From the IMG/VR virus record IMGVR_UViG_3300027857_000485, positions 1 through 62,156 of that record: a stretch of DNA of 62,156 bases; one strand, written 5' to 3'. The DNA comes from a virus. Its lineage: Duplodnaviria; Caudoviricetes. A program made the translations under genes and the position numbers. The notes below the pieces were generated by a model. It saw only the letters and a list, made by a program, of their open reading frames with translations. It was not told the origin of the DNA and ran no database searches. Below are positions 44,366 through 55,030 of the stretch, piece by piece. Position 1 is the first letter of the stretch. Each line of letters begins with the position of its first letter.

Positions 44366-44833
44366 ATGGCTTTGAACCTCAAGAAGAAATTCGCCCTTAA
44401 CGTCGATGCGACGGTGAGCGGCGCCAAGATGGACCTGGGCGACGGCGCCTATTTCCTGGTCGCCCGCTGGGGCAACAAGAAGCATGCTGCGCTGCTGGAG
44501 CAGCTGCGCGAGCCCTACCGCGACAAGATCGAGCTGGGCGTGAAGCTCACCGACGAAGAATCCGAGGGCCTGATGGTCAAGGGCATCGCCGGCGGCGTGC
44601 TGGTCGGCTGGGGCGGCATCACCGGCCTGGTCGATCCCAATGACGAGACCGAGGTGGCCTATTCGCCCGCGCTGGCCGAGGCCATGCTGCTGGACAAGGA
44701 ATTCGAGGATCTGCGCGGCCGCGTCGTGACGTTCTCCATGAACGCCGCCAATTATCGCAAGGCCGCGACCAAGGCCACGGAAAAAAACTCGTCGGCCTCG
44801 TCGAATGGCAAGAAGAATACGGCGAGGACATAG
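44366..44833 (+). CDS. Tail assembly chaperone (gpG-like)
   Basis: Between tail tube and tape measure; LVGWGG...YSP..A motifs. Confidence 0.8.
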   Translation: MALNLKKKFALNVDATVSGAKMDLGDGAYFLVARWGNKKHAALLEQLREPYRDKIELGVKLTDEESEGLMVKGIAGGVLVGWGGITGLVDPNDETEVAYSPALAEAMLLDKEFEDLRGRVVTFSMNAANYRKAATKATEKNSSASSNGKKNTART

Positions 44834-45123
44834 AGCTTTTCCGCAAATGGCTGGTGGATGACCCCCTCGACAAGGGAAATCCCATTCTTCACCGGCCCAA
44901 GCCGACGCCCGGCGTCGAGAAATATTACCGGGCGTTTCAAGAACTCTCCACGGATCGGCCGCCATCCTTCAGCGGCATATCCCCGATCCCTTGGTCATCC
45001 ATCGACCGCTATGCGCGGCGGCACGGCATCGAAGATGAGGATTTCGACGTCCTCGTCCGGATGATCCGCGCCGCCGATGCCGCCCTCATGAAAATCCTCA
45101 GAGCCCGCTCGCCGGAGAAGTGA
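44366..45123 (+). CDS. Tail assembly chaperone gpGT-like product via -1 ribosomal frameshift
   Basis: Slippery A AAA AAC at 44782-44788; the -1 frame is open to 45123 (LVEWQEEYG...AFQELSTDR...IPWSSIDRYA). Confidence 0.8.
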
Positions 45124-48100
45124 TGTCCGATATCGTCCTCAGTCTTGGAATTGATGCAGGAGACGCCGCCACCGGTGCGGATGCCTTCATGCAGCAATAT
45201 GCCCGGCTGAAGGCAGCTATCTCGGACGTCACGAGCGCCCGCGCAGCATCGCAGCAGGCAGTGACGCAGGAAGCCGCGGCGACGACCACGGCAGCCGGCG
45301 CATTCGAGCAGGAAGCGCAGAAGCGCATCCAGCTGAACGAGATGATCAAGAATATGGTCATCGTGCGCGGCCAGGAGCAGGCGGCGATCGATGCGGCGAT
45401 CTCCCGCACTGGCGCGCTCAACCAGGTTGGTGACGCGGCGGTCGGCATCAATCAGCGCTTCGCCGCGAGCGTGGCGCAGCTGAATGCGGAACTGACGGGC
45501 GGCGCATCTGCCGCTTCTTCGCACGCCGACGCCACCACCCGCATGGGCTCGGCCTCGACGAATGCCGCCGCGGCTCAGCAAGGATTGTCCGTCGGCACGG
45601 CCGGCGTCACCCGCGAAATCATCGTGCTGGGCCGCGAGATCGCCAGCGGCGACTTTTCGCGCATTCCCGGTTCGCTGCTGGTCCTGACCAATCGCATGGG
45701 CGGCCTGAACCTCGGCACGCTTGGCGCTGTCGCCGCTTTCGGCGCTTTGGCCGCGGCAATGGCCTATCCGGTTATCCACGCCGCCAACATGGACCAAGAA
45801 CTGCGCAGCCTGAACGCGCAGCTGCAAATCACCGGCAACACCGCCCAGGTGACAGCCCAGCAGATCATGGCCATGGCCAACGCCATCAGCCCGAGCACGA
45901 GCGCGTCGCGGCTGGACATCATGGGGGCCGCCGGCAAGATCGCCAGCGATAACGTCATCGCTCCCAATCTCGGCGTCGACCAGCTGCAGAAGCTGACCGA
46001 TGCTGCGGTGAGCTTTGCCCAGGTCACCGGCCAGCAGGTCGCGCCCGCGACCAAGACGCTGACCGATGCGCTCGACGGCGGCGTGACATCGCTCGCCAAG
46101 CTGAATGAGCAATTTCCGATCTTCACCACCGCAGAGCTTCAGAACCTGCAGGCGATGGGTCAGCACGGTCAGCAGGCCGAAGCGCTGGCGATCGAAATCC
46201 AGAAGATCGACGACTATTTCCATAATGCCGCTCAGAACGGCATGTCTCAGACCACGAAAGCCCTCAATGAGCTCGGCGCGGCCTGGACCCATCTTATGGA
46301 TGAGATGGCCCAAAGCGGGTCCGTCCAGGGTGCGTTGAAGAGCTTCACATCGCTGGCCAATATCCTAGCATCGCTGGGCGGCAGCACCAGCGCGGCTTCC
46401 GCGCTGGATCAGTCACAGATGGCTTCGCTTCAGACGAAGATTCAGACCGCGATGGGGCAGGCAGGCCAAGGCGGCGTGACGGGCTTTGTCGGCGGCCAGA
46501 TGCTGGATAGCCTTGTGCAGCAGGAGATCAGTCTCCAGGCGCAAATGGGCGCCAGATCTGCGCCGGCCGGGATTTCTGACTTGGCTGGGCTGATGCCGTC
46601 CTTTTCGGTTGCCGGTGGCACCACATCGTCAGGGCCGGCATCTGGCGGCGACCCGCGCGCTGCGGAACACCTGGCTAATCAGCAGATCGTCGATGATGCG
46701 ACGCTCGTCGCCGCTGCCTATCAGAAAACCGGCGTCGCGCAGCAGCTTGCCATCGCCCAGGCCCGCGACTTCGCTGGTGCGCAGGACACGGTCAGCCAGC
46801 AGGAGCAGTCCCAGGCCAAATTCTTGGCCGACAGCATCGTCATCATGGCGCAGCATACCGCCGCGATTGAGGCGTCGAATCGTGCCGTCCAGCAGCAGGT
46901 CGACGACGCCTCCGCGTTGGCCGAAGCCTGGAATAAGAGCACTCAGGCCGGCGTCCTGGCCGAAGCCGCCCAGAAGGCGCTGAACGTGGCGCGGCAGAAC
47001 GACCCGACAGCTGCGACCGCGAGCAAGAAGCAGGTCGATGACCAGCTGTCGATCGCTTATGACGACCTCAACGCGAAGGCCGGGCAGCAACTGCAAATTC
47101 TGCAGGCGCAGCGCGACGCATCGCAAGCTCTGGTCGATGTGGCCGGGAATTCGGAACTGACGACTTATACCCAGATCACCGAGCAGGTCCTGGCGCAGTA
47201 TGCCAATCAGCTGGCGATTGCCGAGGTAGAGCAGGAGAGGACCGGTGACGGAACTGACCTCGCCCAGGTGCAGGACCAGATCACCCAGAGCATTCAGGCT
47301 CAATGGGATATCCATCAGAATGGTCTCGCTGTCGCGCTGAAGAACGAACTGGCTCTGAGCCAGGATCAGCTGACCGCCGCTCAGGCTGATCTGGAGGCGG
47401 GCAGCAAGAAGCTCGCGACCAGCAAGGAAGAGCAGGCCGTCCAGGCCGAGATCGTCAAGCTGAAGCAGCAGGGCCTCGATATCAATTCGGATGATGCGCA
47501 GAAGATCCTCGCCAATGTTCGCGCCACCCAGCAGATCAAGGACGAGCAGCAGGCGATCACCGATCAATATCGCCAGCAGCAGGAAGAGGTGAAGAAGCTG
47601 GCCGACGGCATTACCCGCGATATGTCGGCCGGCCTGGTCCAAGTGTTTCAGTCCGGCGGTTCCGGCTGGGACAAGATGATCAAGAGTTGGCACACGTCGG
47701 TCGATACTTTCATCGCAAACATCATTTCGCAGTTCGCCGAGACGCAGATCGTGCTGCCCATCATCGAATCGGCCACGGGCATCAGCGCGAGCAGCACCGG
47801 TACGCAAGGCACGGGCGGCGTGCTCAGCTCGCTGTTCTCCACCGCGAGCACCGGATCGAGTGTCTCCGGCTTGCTTGGTGGCCCGACGATAGGCTCTTCC
47901 CTCGGCATCACTGGTAATGGCGGATTTCTTGCCGGCGCAAGCGCCTATCTCTTCGGAGGCGCGGGAGCCACCGCCGGCGGTTCGACAGTCGGCGCCGGGA
48001 CTATCGGCACCCTCGCACTGTCTGATGGTACCGTTGTCCCGATCGTTTCTCAGGGCGCTGAGATCGGAGCGGTTTCGGGCGGAGAATCGGCGGGCTTGCT

Positions 48101-50489
48101 CGGTTCGGGCGGCGCGAGCATTGCTGCCATCCCCGGCATCGGCTGGATGATCGCCGGCACCGCCGCGAGCACCTATATCGGCGCTGAGTTCGGGCAGGCG
48201 AACAAAAGCAGCAGCCCGATCGAGAGGTACCTGGAAGGCGACGCGATCGGCGGAGAAGTGTCGGGGCTATCGGCGCTATTCCCGTATCTTTTCACGGGAC
48301 ACCCGACCGTCGGCCCTGACAGCGACGCCTATTCCTCGTTCGCGAATGGGCAGCTTAGCGTTGCTGGCTCGGCCTCGGACAATGGCGGGAGCGTAAGCGA
48401 CGCGACCAAGCTGCTGAACGACTCCATTTCGTCCTTGAACTCGACGACGGCAGCGCTCGGCCTGACCATCAATGGCCTCGGCAATATCGAGGTCGGGACC
48501 TTCAAGGGCCAGTATTACGTCAAGCAGCCTGGCGTCGGCGGTGGCCCGGGTGTGGGCGACTATTCTTCCTATGCGACGGAAGACGAGGCCGTAATCGCCT
48601 ATCTCAAAGAGGCGCTCACCAGCGGCTCCGTGACGGGCCTGAACGCGAACGGCCAATCGGCCCTGAAGAACAGCACCGCAACGGATGCGGCGACTTTCGA
48701 GGCCGATCTCCAATTCGGCCAGGATTTCGATGCGGCGATCAACGCCATGAAATCCGGCGTAACCGATTATACCCAAGCCGCCGAGACGGCGGCCGAGACA
48801 ACGGCCAGCCAGCTGACGACGTCCGTCGAAAACTTCAACGCGAAGGCGAAGGAGCTTGGCCTCGATACGCAGGCTGCGGCGGATGCCACGAAATCGGCCG
48901 TCGAGAGCTTCCTCGGGCTGACGACGTCGCAGCCCGTCAGCCAGCTTGAGCAGAACGTCGAAACCCTCTACGGAAAGCTCGAAGGCGTCTCCGGTCTTCT
49001 GTCTGAGGTGGGGATCAGCCAGGCCGACGCGACAGAGAAGGTCAAGGAACAGGTTGAGCAGATGCTGGGCATCACCCAGGCGGCTCCAGCCATGGGCACC
49101 TTCGCCACCGAAATGGCGAGCATCAAGCAGACCTTCAGTGATCTGGCGCCGATCGCCGATAAGCTGGGCATCTCCGCCCAGGACATGGCGACCGGGCTTT
49201 CGAATGCCGAACAGCAGATTACCCAGGCCGCGAACGACAACATCCAGTCTCAGCTCGACCAGCTGACGGGCGGAATCGGCACGAGCCTTCAGAGTCTCGT
49301 GACGACGTTTCAATCCACCTTCGCCGATATCCAGGCGGTGGGCGGAAACCTGGCGAATGCCCAAGAACTGATGGCGCTCGACATCGCCAATCTCTACAAG
49401 CCGGAAGTTCAGGCGGCCATCCAGGGCGTCACGACGGCCTACAACAATCAGATTACCGTCGAGCAGAACCTGGCGAGTCAGTCTCTGAAGACGTCGCAGG
49501 ACCTCGCGACGTTCCTGGCGAGCATGGGCGCCGGCAGCTTGTCCGATGGCGACCCGCTGTCTCAGCTCCAGGCCGCAAAAGCCGCCTTCGACCAGGCCGT
49601 GCAGCAGTCCTCTTCGTCAGACCCGACGGTGGCTGCGAACGCCCAGGGACAGCTGACCAGCCTTGCGCAGCAATACCTGACCGCCAGCAAGTCCTACAAC
49701 GCTTCCGGTTCCGGGTATGTCTCGGACTATGACTATGTCCAGCAGCAGCTGCAGGAGGTCGAGAAGTCGACCGCGGATCAGGCTTCGACGGCCACGCAAC
49801 AGGTCACGCTGCTTCAGCAGCAGCTCGACGCCGCCACGGGCACCCAGACCAACACGCTGACCATCGCCCAGGCTGTGGAGAACCTGAACACGCTGATGGC
49901 GCAGGTGAACGCGACGATCGCGAGCAGCATTGCCTCGGCTGGCGGTGGGTCATATTCCGGCGTGGTGACGCCGAACGGAACGTCCTCGACGGGCGTTTCC
50001 TACGGCGTGACGCCGCCGCCTCAGCCCAATATGGCGGCGGCCATCAACGCGATCGGCCAGGACTATACGAGCCTGCTTGGCCGCACCGGGACGCAGTCGG
50101 ACTTTGCCTATTACCTCAACGAGGTGCAGAACGGCGTCAGCCTCGACCAGATCGCGACGCAGTTCATGAACTCGCCGGAATATCTGGCCAAGCACAGCCA
50201 TGCGAATGGCGGTCTTGCCTCGGGCTGGTCGAAAGTCGGCGAGCGCGGCGAGGAATGGATGTATGTGCCGCCGTCGAGCGGTGCGATGGTCTACCCCCAC
50301 GGCACCGGGGGGCCCTCCAATGACAATGGCACCACGGCGGTAGTGCAGACTCTGCGCGCCGAGATGGCGAGCCTTCGTCAGGTGGTGGCGCAGGTCGGCC
50401 AGCAGCATGCCGAACTGCTCCGTGTCGCCAATGGCTATGCCGCGACCCAGGCCCACGCCGCCGATCGCGCTGCGTCCAGGCCGCGCTGA
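45123..50489 (+). CDS. Tape measure protein
   Basis: About 1790 aa, Ala/Gln-rich helical, lambda-H-like N-terminal block, HANGG...VGERGEE near the C-terminus. Confidence 0.92.
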   Translation: MSDIVLSLGIDAGDAATGADAFMQQYARLKAAISDVTSARAASQQAVTQEAAATTTAAGAFEQEAQKRIQLNEMIKNMVIVRGQEQAAIDAAISRTGALNQVGDAAVGINQRFAASVAQLNAELTGGASAASSHADATTRMGSASTNAAAAQQGLSVGTAGVTREIIVLGREIASGDFSRIPGSLLVLTNRMGGLNLGTLGAVAAFGALAAAMAYPVIHAANMDQELRSLNAQLQITGNTAQVTAQQIMAMANAISPSTSASRLDIMGAAGKIASDNVIAPNLGVDQLQKLTDAAVSFAQVTGQQVAPATKTLTDALDGGVTSLAKLNEQFPIFTTAELQNLQAMGQHGQQAEALAIEIQKIDDYFHNAAQNGMSQTTKALNELGAAWTHLMDEMAQSGSVQGALKSFTSLANILASLGGSTSAASALDQSQMASLQTKIQTAMGQAGQGGVTGFVGGQMLDSLVQQEISLQAQMGARSAPAGISDLAGLMPSFSVAGGTTSSGPASGGDPRAAEHLANQQIVDDATLVAAAYQKTGVAQQLAIAQARDFAGAQDTVSQQEQSQAKFLADSIVIMAQHTAAIEASNRAVQQQVDDASALAEAWNKSTQAGVLAEAAQKALNVARQNDPTAATASKKQVDDQLSIAYDDLNAKAGQQLQILQAQRDASQALVDVAGNSELTTYTQITEQVLAQYANQLAIAEVEQERTGDGTDLAQVQDQITQSIQAQWDIHQNGLAVALKNELALSQDQLTAAQADLEAGSKKLATSKEEQAVQAEIVKLKQQGLDINSDDAQKILANVRATQQIKDEQQAITDQYRQQQEEVKKLADGITRDMSAGLVQVFQSGGSGWDKMIKSWHTSVDTFIANIISQFAETQIVLPIIESATGISASSTGTQGTGGVLSSLFSTASTGSSVSGLLGGPTIGSSLGITGNGGFLAGASAYLFGGAGATAGGSTVGAGTIGTLALSDGTVVPIVSQGAEIGAVSGGESAGLLGSGGASIAAIPGIGWMIAGTAASTYIGAEFGQANKSSSPIERYLEGDAIGGEVSGLSALFPYLFTGHPTVGPDSDAYSSFANGQLSVAGSASDNGGSVSDATKLLNDSISSLNSTTAALGLTINGLGNIEVGTFKGQYYVKQPGVGGGPGVGDYSSYATEDEAVIAYLKEALTSGSVTGLNANGQSALKNSTATDAATFEADLQFGQDFDAAINAMKSGVTDYTQAAETAAETTASQLTTSVENFNAKAKELGLDTQAAADATKSAVESFLGLTTSQPVSQLEQNVETLYGKLEGVSGLLSEVGISQADATEKVKEQVEQMLGITQAAPAMGTFATEMASIKQTFSDLAPIADKLGISAQDMATGLSNAEQQITQAANDNIQSQLDQLTGGIGTSLQSLVTTFQSTFADIQAVGGNLANAQELMALDIANLYKPEVQAAIQGVTTAYNNQITVEQNLASQSLKTSQDLATFLASMGAGSLSDGDPLSQLQAAKAAFDQAVQQSSSSDPTVAANAQGQLTSLAQQYLTASKSYNASGSGYVSDYDYVQQQLQEVEKSTADQASTATQQVTLLQQQLDAATGTQTNTLTIAQAVENLNTLMAQVNATIASSIASAGGGSYSGVVTPNGTSSTGVSYGVTPPPQPNMAAAINAIGQDYTSLLGRTGTQSDFAYYLNEVQNGVSLDQIATQFMNSPEYLAKHSHANGGLASGWSKVGERGEEWMYVPPSSGAMVYPHGTGGPSNDNGTTAVVQTLRAEMASLRQVVAQVGQQHAELLRVANGYAATQAHAADRAASRPR

Positions 50490-52177
50490 TGTCGTCGCAG
50501 ACCTTCTACCTGGTCGAGATCGATTGCATCGATCCTAACAGCCTCCAGTTGACCACGCTGCGGTTTTCGACGGCGCAGGACTTCATGACGGGTCCGCACG
50601 ATGTGCCGCCCAACACGCCATATCGCGCGCTCATCAACAGCGTCGGCAATTTCGAGCGGCATTGCTGGCAGCGTGATACGACGCGAGGTCTGAGCGATAT
50701 CGGCTTCGGCAAGACCGTCATCGACAACAGCGATCATTCGCTCGATCCCTATAAGCTGTTCGGCTTCGACGGTCAGGGGTTCCGGATATATAAGGGCGCG
50801 CTGAACACCAGCACATTCCCGCCGTCCTATCCGTCCTATCCGACCGGCTTCATGCTGATGTTCGCCGGCACGATGCAGGCTGCGAGCTTCACCTACACCA
50901 CGCTCGAAATTCTCGTCCGCGACCGCCTGGCCGAGATTTATGCGCTGCCGATCCAGGCTGTGACCTATGGCGGTACGAACGTGCTACCGGCGGGCTTCGA
51001 CGGTGTCGCCGCGGACCTTCAGGGCAAGTTCAAGCCGATCCTGCTGGGCGCGGCCTTCAACATGCCGGTGCCGTGCGTCAACACATCGAAGCTGACGTAT
51101 CAGATCACCGATCGCACCAATATCACTATCGGCGCGGTGACCATCAACGCGGTCTATGACAAGGGCGTCGTGCTCACCCGCGGCACGAGCTTCGCCACCG
51201 TGGCGCTGCTGCAGGCTTCAACGCCGACTGCCGGAACCTACAATTACTGCGACGATCCTACTTTCGGCGCCTTCATCCAATTGGGCTCGCAGCCGGCTGG
51301 GCAGCTGACGGTCGATGCCCAGGAAGGAACGACGGCCAGTAACACCATCGCGCAGATCGTCACCCGCATCCTGACGGGCCCAGGCGGTCAGCCGTCGAGC
51401 CAGATCACCGGTTCTGCGGCGCTCGACAGCCTGATCTCCGCGCAGACTGGGCGCTGGATCGACACCGGCGGGGCCGCTATCGGCGACATCGTTGATGAGT
51501 TTCTCCAGGGCGGGAACAGCTTCCTGACGACGACCCGGGCCGGACAATGGCTATTCGGTCGGCTGTCCGCCCCAAGTGGCCCCACGGTGCTCACGATCAC
51601 CGCAGCCGACGTGAAAGACCCGACCAGCGGCATCACCATCGTTCAATCCAACGACCTCGGAACCGATGCGCCGACGGTCAATGGCAACACGCCCAGCGTC
51701 TCGGTGCCGCTATGGCAGGTGATCATGAATTACCAGCTGAACAACCAGGTTCAGTCTGCCACCGACATCGCGGGGTCCGCGACCCTGACCCGCGTTGGCT
51801 TTGTGCTTCAGCAATACCGGCAGGCCGCCGCCAGCAATGCCGCCGTGCTCAAGGTTCATGCGCTGGCTGCCCTGGCGACCTTCACCAGCCTGTTCGTCGC
51901 TCTGGCCGACGCCCTTGCCGAGGCGCAGCGGCAGCTGGCCCTGCGCAGCGTCTTCCGCGAAGTGGTCGAGGTGCTGGTCGATCCGGCCTTCGCCGCGCCG
52001 GTGGAGCTGGGCTCGACGGTGGCGCTGAACATCGCGCGCTTCGACTGGCAGACGGTGCAGAACATCGGCGGCAACCAGACACAGACAGTCGGCAAGAACT
52101 TTGTCTGCATCGGCATGGTCGAAAACTTCGGTGATTATGCGACCGCCGGCCAAACCACTCTCGTCCTCTGGGGATAA
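50489..52177 (+). CDS. Tail tip/hub protein
   Basis: TGATG-coupled to the tape measure gene; KPILLG..FNMP, VYDKG motifs; ends LWG. Confidence 0.75.
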   Translation: MSSQTFYLVEIDCIDPNSLQLTTLRFSTAQDFMTGPHDVPPNTPYRALINSVGNFERHCWQRDTTRGLSDIGFGKTVIDNSDHSLDPYKLFGFDGQGFRIYKGALNTSTFPPSYPSYPTGFMLMFAGTMQAASFTYTTLEILVRDRLAEIYALPIQAVTYGGTNVLPAGFDGVAADLQGKFKPILLGAAFNMPVPCVNTSKLTYQITDRTNITIGAVTINAVYDKGVVLTRGTSFATVALLQASTPTAGTYNYCDDPTFGAFIQLGSQPAGQLTVDAQEGTTASNTIAQIVTRILTGPGGQPSSQITGSAALDSLISAQTGRWIDTGGAAIGDIVDEFLQGGNSFLTTTRAGQWLFGRLSAPSGPTVLTITAADVKDPTSGITIVQSNDLGTDAPTVNGNTPSVSVPLWQVIMNYQLNNQVQSATDIAGSATLTRVGFVLQQYRQAAASNAAVLKVHALAALATFTSLFVALADALAEAQRQLALRSVFREVVEVLVDPAFAAPVELGSTVALNIARFDWQTVQNIGGNQTQTVGKNFVCIGMVENFGDYATAGQTTLVLWG

Positions 52178-52181
52178 TCAA

Positions 52182-52646
52182 ATGATGAAGAAGGCATTTC
52201 TGGCCGCATGCCTGGCGGCGGCGCTCGTGCTTGGGCAAATGGCCGAAGCGACCTCGCTCTGCAGCGTCGCCGTGACCACGGCGCAGACCGGCGTCGCGCA
52301 GACCGCCGTCAGCGGATTCGGCACGCCGAGCAGCATCACCATCCAGGGTCGTTTCACCTACGTCGCCTCGTCAGCGACCTCGGCGGATGTCTATGTGCAA
52401 TCGACGGTCGACGGCACGAACTGGATCGACATCGCCGATTTCCATTGGACGACCGCGTCTCTTTCGCAGGTCGTCAATGTGACGAACGCGGCCCTGACGA
52501 CCCCGACCACCATCTCGGACGGAGGCTTGGCCAGCAATACCATCTTGCAGGGCGTGCTCGGGGCGCAATATCGCTGCAAGGTGACCAGCGTCGGCACCTA
52601 TGGCGCCGGCACGGTCATCGCGGTCGACGTCTACGCCCGGTACTGA
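52182..52646 (+). CDS. Beta-rich tail-module protein with a signal peptide
   Basis: MMKKAFLAACLAAALVLGQMAEA|; DVYVQSTVDGTNWIDIA motif. Confidence 0.7.
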   Translation: MMKKAFLAACLAAALVLGQMAEATSLCSVAVTTAQTGVAQTAVSGFGTPSSITIQGRFTYVASSATSADVYVQSTVDGTNWIDIADFHWTTASLSQVVNVTNAALTTPTTISDGGLASNTILQGVLGAQYRCKVTSVGTYGAGTVIAVDVYARY

Positions 52647-52651
52647 CCGGC

Positions 52652-53533
52652 ATGGCGCCGAACCCCAATATCCTCATCGGATTCCCAAACCTCAGCGATG
52701 TCGATTTCTGGACGCCGAACTTCGTTCCGGGGGTTGGCAATTGGATGCCGGGCGCCCCGCTGACGAACCTGCAAATCCCTGAACTGGCCTTCAAGGCTCG
52801 CTCGGTCAATTGCACGCAAGATGCGTCGCAGTTCTTGATCGACCTGACGACGCAGCAATCCATCCTGGCCGTGGCGATTCCGCGCCACAATCTGACCCTC
52901 AATGCCACGTTGACGGTCAAGCTTTATACCGACGCTGCCCTGACGCAGTTGGTGGCGCAGGCGACGGCCGCAGTCGCCACCACCTATGCCTGGGGCGCGC
53001 TGCCTTACGGCAGCTCATCCTGGTTTGACGGTAAGATCACCGCCGAAGCTGCTCGATTTTCCCCGCAGCCCGCCTATGTGATCTTCGATACGCCGCAGAT
53101 CGCCCGATATGTGCTCGTGCAGATCAATGATACAGCCAATCCGGCGAATTTCATCGAGCTCAATCGCTTGGTGATCTGTCCAGGCTATCAGCCGACGCTC
53201 AACATCGTTTATGGCACCCAATTCGGGGTTACCGATCCGTCGGTTCTGACGCGCACCCTCGGAGGGAAGCGCTGCATTGATCCGCGGCCTAAATATCGAA
53301 CCATCGTCGCAAGCATCGACTATCTGCCCCAAAACGAGGCGTTCGCCAATATCTTCGACATGATGCTGAGGCTGGGCATTTCCCAGCAGTGCTTCGTATC
53401 CGCGATGCCCGCGGACAGCGTCAACGCCGCTCGCGTCAGCTTCCTCGCCGCAATGTCCCAACTCGACCCCCTCACGGCCGCTGCTTTTGGCGTTTCCGGT
53501 GTCGGGCTCCATTTCGAAGAGATCGTAGCATGA
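52652..53533 (+). CDS. Distal tail/baseplate-like protein
   Basis: PLTNLQ, HNLT..A, ARYVLVQIND..NP..FIELNRL motifs. Confidence 0.7.
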   Translation: MAPNPNILIGFPNLSDVDFWTPNFVPGVGNWMPGAPLTNLQIPELAFKARSVNCTQDASQFLIDLTTQQSILAVAIPRHNLTLNATLTVKLYTDAALTQLVAQATAAVATTYAWGALPYGSSSWFDGKITAEAARFSPQPAYVIFDTPQIARYVLVQINDTANPANFIELNRLVICPGYQPTLNIVYGTQFGVTDPSVLTRTLGGKRCIDPRPKYRTIVASIDYLPQNEAFANIFDMMLRLGISQQCFVSAMPADSVNAARVSFLAAMSQLDPLTAAAFGVSGVGLHFEEIVA

Positions 53534-55029
53534 AGCAATTCATCCGCTCCGCCGCCCTCGCGCTCGCCGCCATTCTGGCGCTGGTGTCGGGGGGCGCCAA
53601 GGCCAGCACAAGCTATACCTGCAACGGCAATACTTATGTGATGCCGGACCAGTTCAACGGCTACGGCTATGTGACGGCGTGGCCGGCTCAGATGAACGAC
53701 TGCAACACGCAGCTGCTTTCCTATCTGAATTCCGCCCTGGCGGCCCAGAACGCCGCGCAAGCTGCGGCCGCTGCTTCGGCCACTTCCGCCTCGACCCAGG
53801 GCATGAGCACGACGAGCCTGACGATCGGTCTCGGCACGCAGTCTCCGACGATCCAGGCCAGCAAGAATTTCACGCCCGGAATGCCGGTGCGGATTGCCGA
53901 TCAGGCTGCGCCGACCGCCAATTATATGGACGGCGTCGTCAGCGCCTATAATTCGTCGACCGGCGCGATGACGGTCACGGTTACCTCTGTGTCTGGATCG
54001 GGCACCAAGACCGCCTGGAACGTCTTCTTGGTCGGCCAGCGCGGGCCGCCCTCGACGACGATGCCGCGCTCGGATCATACCGGCGCCTATAGCATTGCCG
54101 TGGGTGACGGGACATCGCTGATCAGGGCGACCAGCGGAACCTGGGCGATGACGCTCCCGGCGCCTTCGAGCGCTGGCGCGGGCTGGTGGGCGATCGTCCA
54201 GAACACCGGCACCGGCACCGTCACGCTAACGGCCTCGACCGGCACGGTGGACGGCCTCGCGTCGTATCCGATGTATCCGAACGAGTCGAGATTGGTTCAA
54301 ACCGACGGCTCGACCTTCGTTTCGGTGATCCTCTCGCCGTTCGATATGATCGTGACGTCTTCGGTCACGTTCATCGTGCCGCCCGGGTACAACAATTTCG
54401 ACGGGATACTTACCAGCGGGGGCGCCGGCGGCATCTCGGGTACGGGGGGCTCGAATTCGTATGGAGGTTCCTCAGGCGGTGGTGCGGCGCCGTTCGAATT
54501 GTCGTCTGCCGCTCTCGGCGGTCCTGGCGCGTCGGTCACCATCACCATCGCCGCGCAGGCATCCGCGGGAAATAACGGGAACGGTTCCTCCTTTGGTTCC
54601 ATCTTCAGCGTCACAGGCGGATCTGTTGGGCTTTCCAATGTGTCCGGCGGTTCCACCGGATTGGCCGGCGGCGGCATACAGGATGTTGTCGATAGCGCCT
54701 GCCTTTATCGCTCCACAACAGGCATTAGTCCGGGTGGTACCGGCCCCCGCTGCCTGTACGCTGGCGGATATGGTGGCTCGACATCGACAAACGCTACTTC
54801 TGGGCTTTCAGGTTCTCCCTCTGTCTATGGTGGCGGCGGTTCGGGCGGCGTAGGTACATCGTCCGTCGGCGCGTCGGCGGGAAGCCTTTTTGGAGGCGCT
54901 GCCGGCGCAAGTGTCCTATCGGGTACGGCGGCAGACGGGACGGCGCCAGCCGGGGCGGGGGGTGCCTCTGGCAATGGCACCGGCGGCCATGGCGCCCGCG
55001 GACAACTCAGCATTCATGGAGCGATCTGA
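53530..55029 (+). CDS. Glycine-rich tail fibre protein with an N-terminal signal peptide
   Basis: ATGA-coupled start MKQFIRSAALALAAILALVSGGAKA|; STTSLTIG...YMDGVVSAYNSSTG fibre domain; Gly-rich C-terminus. Confidence 0.75.
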   Translation: MKQFIRSAALALAAILALVSGGAKASTSYTCNGNTYVMPDQFNGYGYVTAWPAQMNDCNTQLLSYLNSALAAQNAAQAAAAASATSASTQGMSTTSLTIGLGTQSPTIQASKNFTPGMPVRIADQAAPTANYMDGVVSAYNSSTGAMTVTVTSVSGSGTKTAWNVFLVGQRGPPSTTMPRSDHTGAYSIAVGDGTSLIRATSGTWAMTLPAPSSAGAGWWAIVQNTGTGTVTLTASTGTVDGLASYPMYPNESRLVQTDGSTFVSVILSPFDMIVTSSVTFIVPPGYNNFDGILTSGGAGGISGTGGSNSYGGSSGGGAAPFELSSAALGGPGASVTITIAAQASAGNNGNGSSFGSIFSVTGGSVGLSNVSGGSTGLAGGGIQDVVDSACLYRSTTGISPGGTGPRCLYAGGYGGSTSTNATSGLSGSPSVYGGGGSGGVGTSSVGASAGSLFGGAAGASVLSGTAADGTAPAGAGGASGNGTGGHGARGQLSIHGAI

Positions 55030-55030
55030 T

